NCBI RefSeq assembly: GCF_030684315.1
Contig: NC_081364.1
Span: 55,452,152 to 55,516,151 of the forward strand
Length of the DNA stretch: 64,000 bases
Direction of reading: 5' to 3'
From: Stegostoma tigrinum
Taxonomy: Eukaryota
The notes below the pieces were generated by a model. The model was given only the letters and a program-made list of their open reading frames with translations, was not told the origin of the DNA and ran no database searches. Shown one piece after another: positions 61,057 to 64,000 of the stretch; position 1 is the stretch's first letter, and each line of letters begins with the position of its first letter. The translations under genes were made by a program, and so were the position numbers.

Positions 61057-63644
61057 CTAAAAGAGAAAGAAATACAAGAATGAGGAAAAAATTCAGCCCA
61101 TCAAGCTCAATTAGTCCACAAAATGCATATAACCTTTTCCACTGTACATTCTGTCCGACATCTTGAGAAAAACTTCTATAAAACGGCTTCATGATGGTTG
61201 AAGATCAATTGGCAAACTCCTGAATATTTTTCCAGCTTTGTCAATATTCCTACATTTCAGCTGTGCAAAATCTTATTTTAATTTTGTAATGATGCAAAGG
61301 AGGCCAAGACTGTGCCAGGCCTTTGAAAGGTCAGTCCAATTAAATCACTGCCCTTTCCCCATAATATTCAACCATTGATGAAGAAGCAGTGGAGTACAGA
61401 AAACAGACTTACTAGGACCAGATCATACAGACCTTTCATTGAACTCAACTTCAGAGAATATATATTATCTACAAGTAGTAAAGATTCTGAAAAGTCCAGG
61501 ATAGTAACATGGAAAGTGTTTGATGAATTGTGCTGACAATTATGTATGCGTATTCTTCATTTCTTACCACTGATCCAATCATGTTTTCCCAAATTAGAAG
61601 TAGTCTTGAAATTCCTGAGTCTGCTAATCTATAGTCAAATCCATATTTGCATCAACATCCTAGTTGGGACAAAAGCTTGTTTATTACTTTCAATAAATAC
61701 CACATACCTACTGAAATTCAACTCTGTTCCTCGTGTTATGATCTAGATTTTTTTTTCAGTCAATGGAACTTCAATTCCTGCCATTAAAGATGGCAGGTAC
61801 AATTGGTGAGTTCAACAAGGCATTAATAAATCCACGCCTAAATAGACCACATTCAGTTCCACATATGATACCAAAGCATCACTGTTTCACTTGGGCCACC
61901 TACAATTTCTGAGCATTGTACCTTAGATCATTAGTTGATTGTGGCATTTTCACTAATGAGGTTGCGACCCCTTGAAAATTCAATTAGGACAAGTTTTTCC
62001 ATGTGATACCATCAAGACAGTTCACCCACATCTCCGACTGAATTGTTCAAGAATGTTTGAAAAGGATTGGTGCTTACACTTTTCTGATATTTATTCTATA
62101 CCTGTATTTTTTCTATACATAGACAAGCTCAGATTCAGAGAAGTGTGGACATTTATTAAAAACTGCAAACACATTAGATCATAAGCGAAGAGTCACTTTC
62201 TCTATCAGAGAACAATACAAACTGGAATATTTCAGACTAACTCATGAATTGTCAAAGATAGCTCAAATACTTCAGGCAAACTGTCAAGTGTGAAATTTCC
62301 ATGTCTGTCCATATGTATCCTGATGTCCAGTATGGCTACAACCATTGGTATTGCTGTGTGTGATTTATGAAAATGTATCGGTTTGACAGGTTGTGCCTTC
62401 AGTAAAAAGATGCAGTGAAGGGGACTGGAAAACATCCTCAATATCAGCACAAATCACTGCTATTCATTGCTCCCTGATTATCCAGGAAATATCTGAGCAA
62501 TACAGTTCCAGGTTTAATCTCAATTTGTACCAAGATAAAGAGCATTAGGCATGATAGTAGCAGGGGATTTCCAATCTAATTGTGGAAACATAATTAACAA
62601 GGCTCCTAAGGCTGATGGATGTTAGTAATTCATGTTGGCAGGGATATGTCTGGCGATGCTACAATTGACTGTAATTCAAACATTTCCATTGTAAAACAGA
62701 CCTAATATTCGCCAAACATGATCACCCAAACAACGTCAACTTGTATAAAAATATCAGAGGGTGAGAGGCTTCACATGGAACTATTCCCAAGTAGTGTGCC
62801 AAAACTTCATGGAAGACAGAGAAAAAGAATGCCCACATACGGTAAGCATGGTTTAAATTTGGATGAAACCTCCTCCTATTTTGCCTCACAAATTTCACTA
62901 AACATAACACTCTTGGAAGGCCATTTATCACTGGCAATGAGTTTTACTCCCTACACCTGTCACACTTGCGTCATTTGGAATTTATCAACATTGCAGCAGC
63001 TTGCAGGCAGCTTTGAACTTTGCCCTCTAAATGAGAGTGAAGCATCACAGGTCTTTCACTCTATGACATTAAAATGAACTGAGGATGGTGTTTTGCAGGG
63101 AACCAAATTGGGGCTAGATTCAAACCCAGAATCAGCAGTGATGGGTCAACATCTTAATCCAGAGTCACCAAGTCAAAGTTGTCTGCACAATTAACTTGCA
63201 CTCATTGTTTTGCCTCATAGTGAGGAGATATGACTCTTACTGAGCAAATTAAAGCTGCAACACGCAGCTACGTGTTCACTAAACTGCAACCAACAGTGTG
63301 TCAGGCTTACAGGCAGAGCAGCCTATAGGCCCATGCGAAACAAAGATTTAGGCCACTGTGTAGTTGTCTTTTCTGGAGGTCTTTGTATCGGCATAACAAT
63401 ACAGGCTGATTAACCCCCTTCAATACTCTAAAATTTTGATGGTTCTATGTGGTCAGTGTCACACAAGCAGGCAGACAAACCATGATTCTAGATGAACAGT
63501 TCCATATATTACATCATAATCCAACTACATAAACACCCCCCCTCCCAATTAACATTGCTAGAACATCTGAAGACATATTTGATATTAATCAAAACTAAAT
63601 CACTACTTAACTGGATAGACGATACCCCCAACTACTGTTTAATT

Positions 63645-63995
63645 AGTGGCTCAGTGGTTAGCACTGCTGCCTCACAGCGCCATGGAGCCAGGTTCAATTC
63701 CAGCCTTGGGTGACTGACTCTAGTTTGCATGTTCTCCCCGTGTCTGCATGGGTTTGTTCCACGTGCTCCAGTTTCCTCCCACACTCTAAAGATGTGCAGG
63801 TTAGGTGGATTTGGCCACGCTAAATTGTCCACAGTGTCCATAGATTTGCAGGCTAAGTGGAATGGTAAAAGTAGGGTTGTCGTTTTAAGGGTAGGGGGCT
63901 GAGTTTGGATGAAATGCTCTTCAGAGAATTGATGCAGTCTTGATGGGCCAAATGGACTCTTTCTGTACTGTAGGCGTCTTTCTACATCTTCTATT
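63645..63995 (+). mobile_element. HE1-type SINE
   Basis: gtggctcagtggttagcactgctgcctcacagcgcc...ggttcaattcc...aaagatgtgcaggttaggtggat...gatgggccaaatgga...ttctat. Confidence 0.9.
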
Positions 63996-64000
63996 GTACC

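Overview
Eukaryotic, AT-rich, repeat-dense vertebrate DNA, very likely a shark or other elasmobranch. This is inferred from HE1-type tRNA/V-domain SINEs, CR1/HER1-type LINEs and shark-type Penelope repeats. The one real gene is LMCD1 (LIM and cysteine-rich domains 1, dyxin; PET + 2 LIM domains) on the minus strand. Five coding exons are readable with canonical GT-AG sites and consistent phase: 60971-61056, 52285-52540, 29883-30257, 18242-18457 and 14525-14686 (364 aa from the exon-2 Met). Exon 1 probably lies beyond the right edge. The introns and 3' flank hold SINEs, CR1-type LINEs, a Gypsy LTR relic nested in a LINE and a probable solo LTR. The most interesting non-genic signal is about 15 Penelope-like (GIY-YIG) retroelement ends. 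Many are short palindromic insertions with a ~34-nt one-sided tail and 14-15 bp target-site duplications. They carry a minimal hammerhead-ribozyme core (CUGAnGA-A-stemII-GAAACGUC). There is also an unexplained near-perfect 194-bp inverted duplication in intron 4. All calls were made by eye with no searches. Repeat boundaries are approximate unless a TSD is given.
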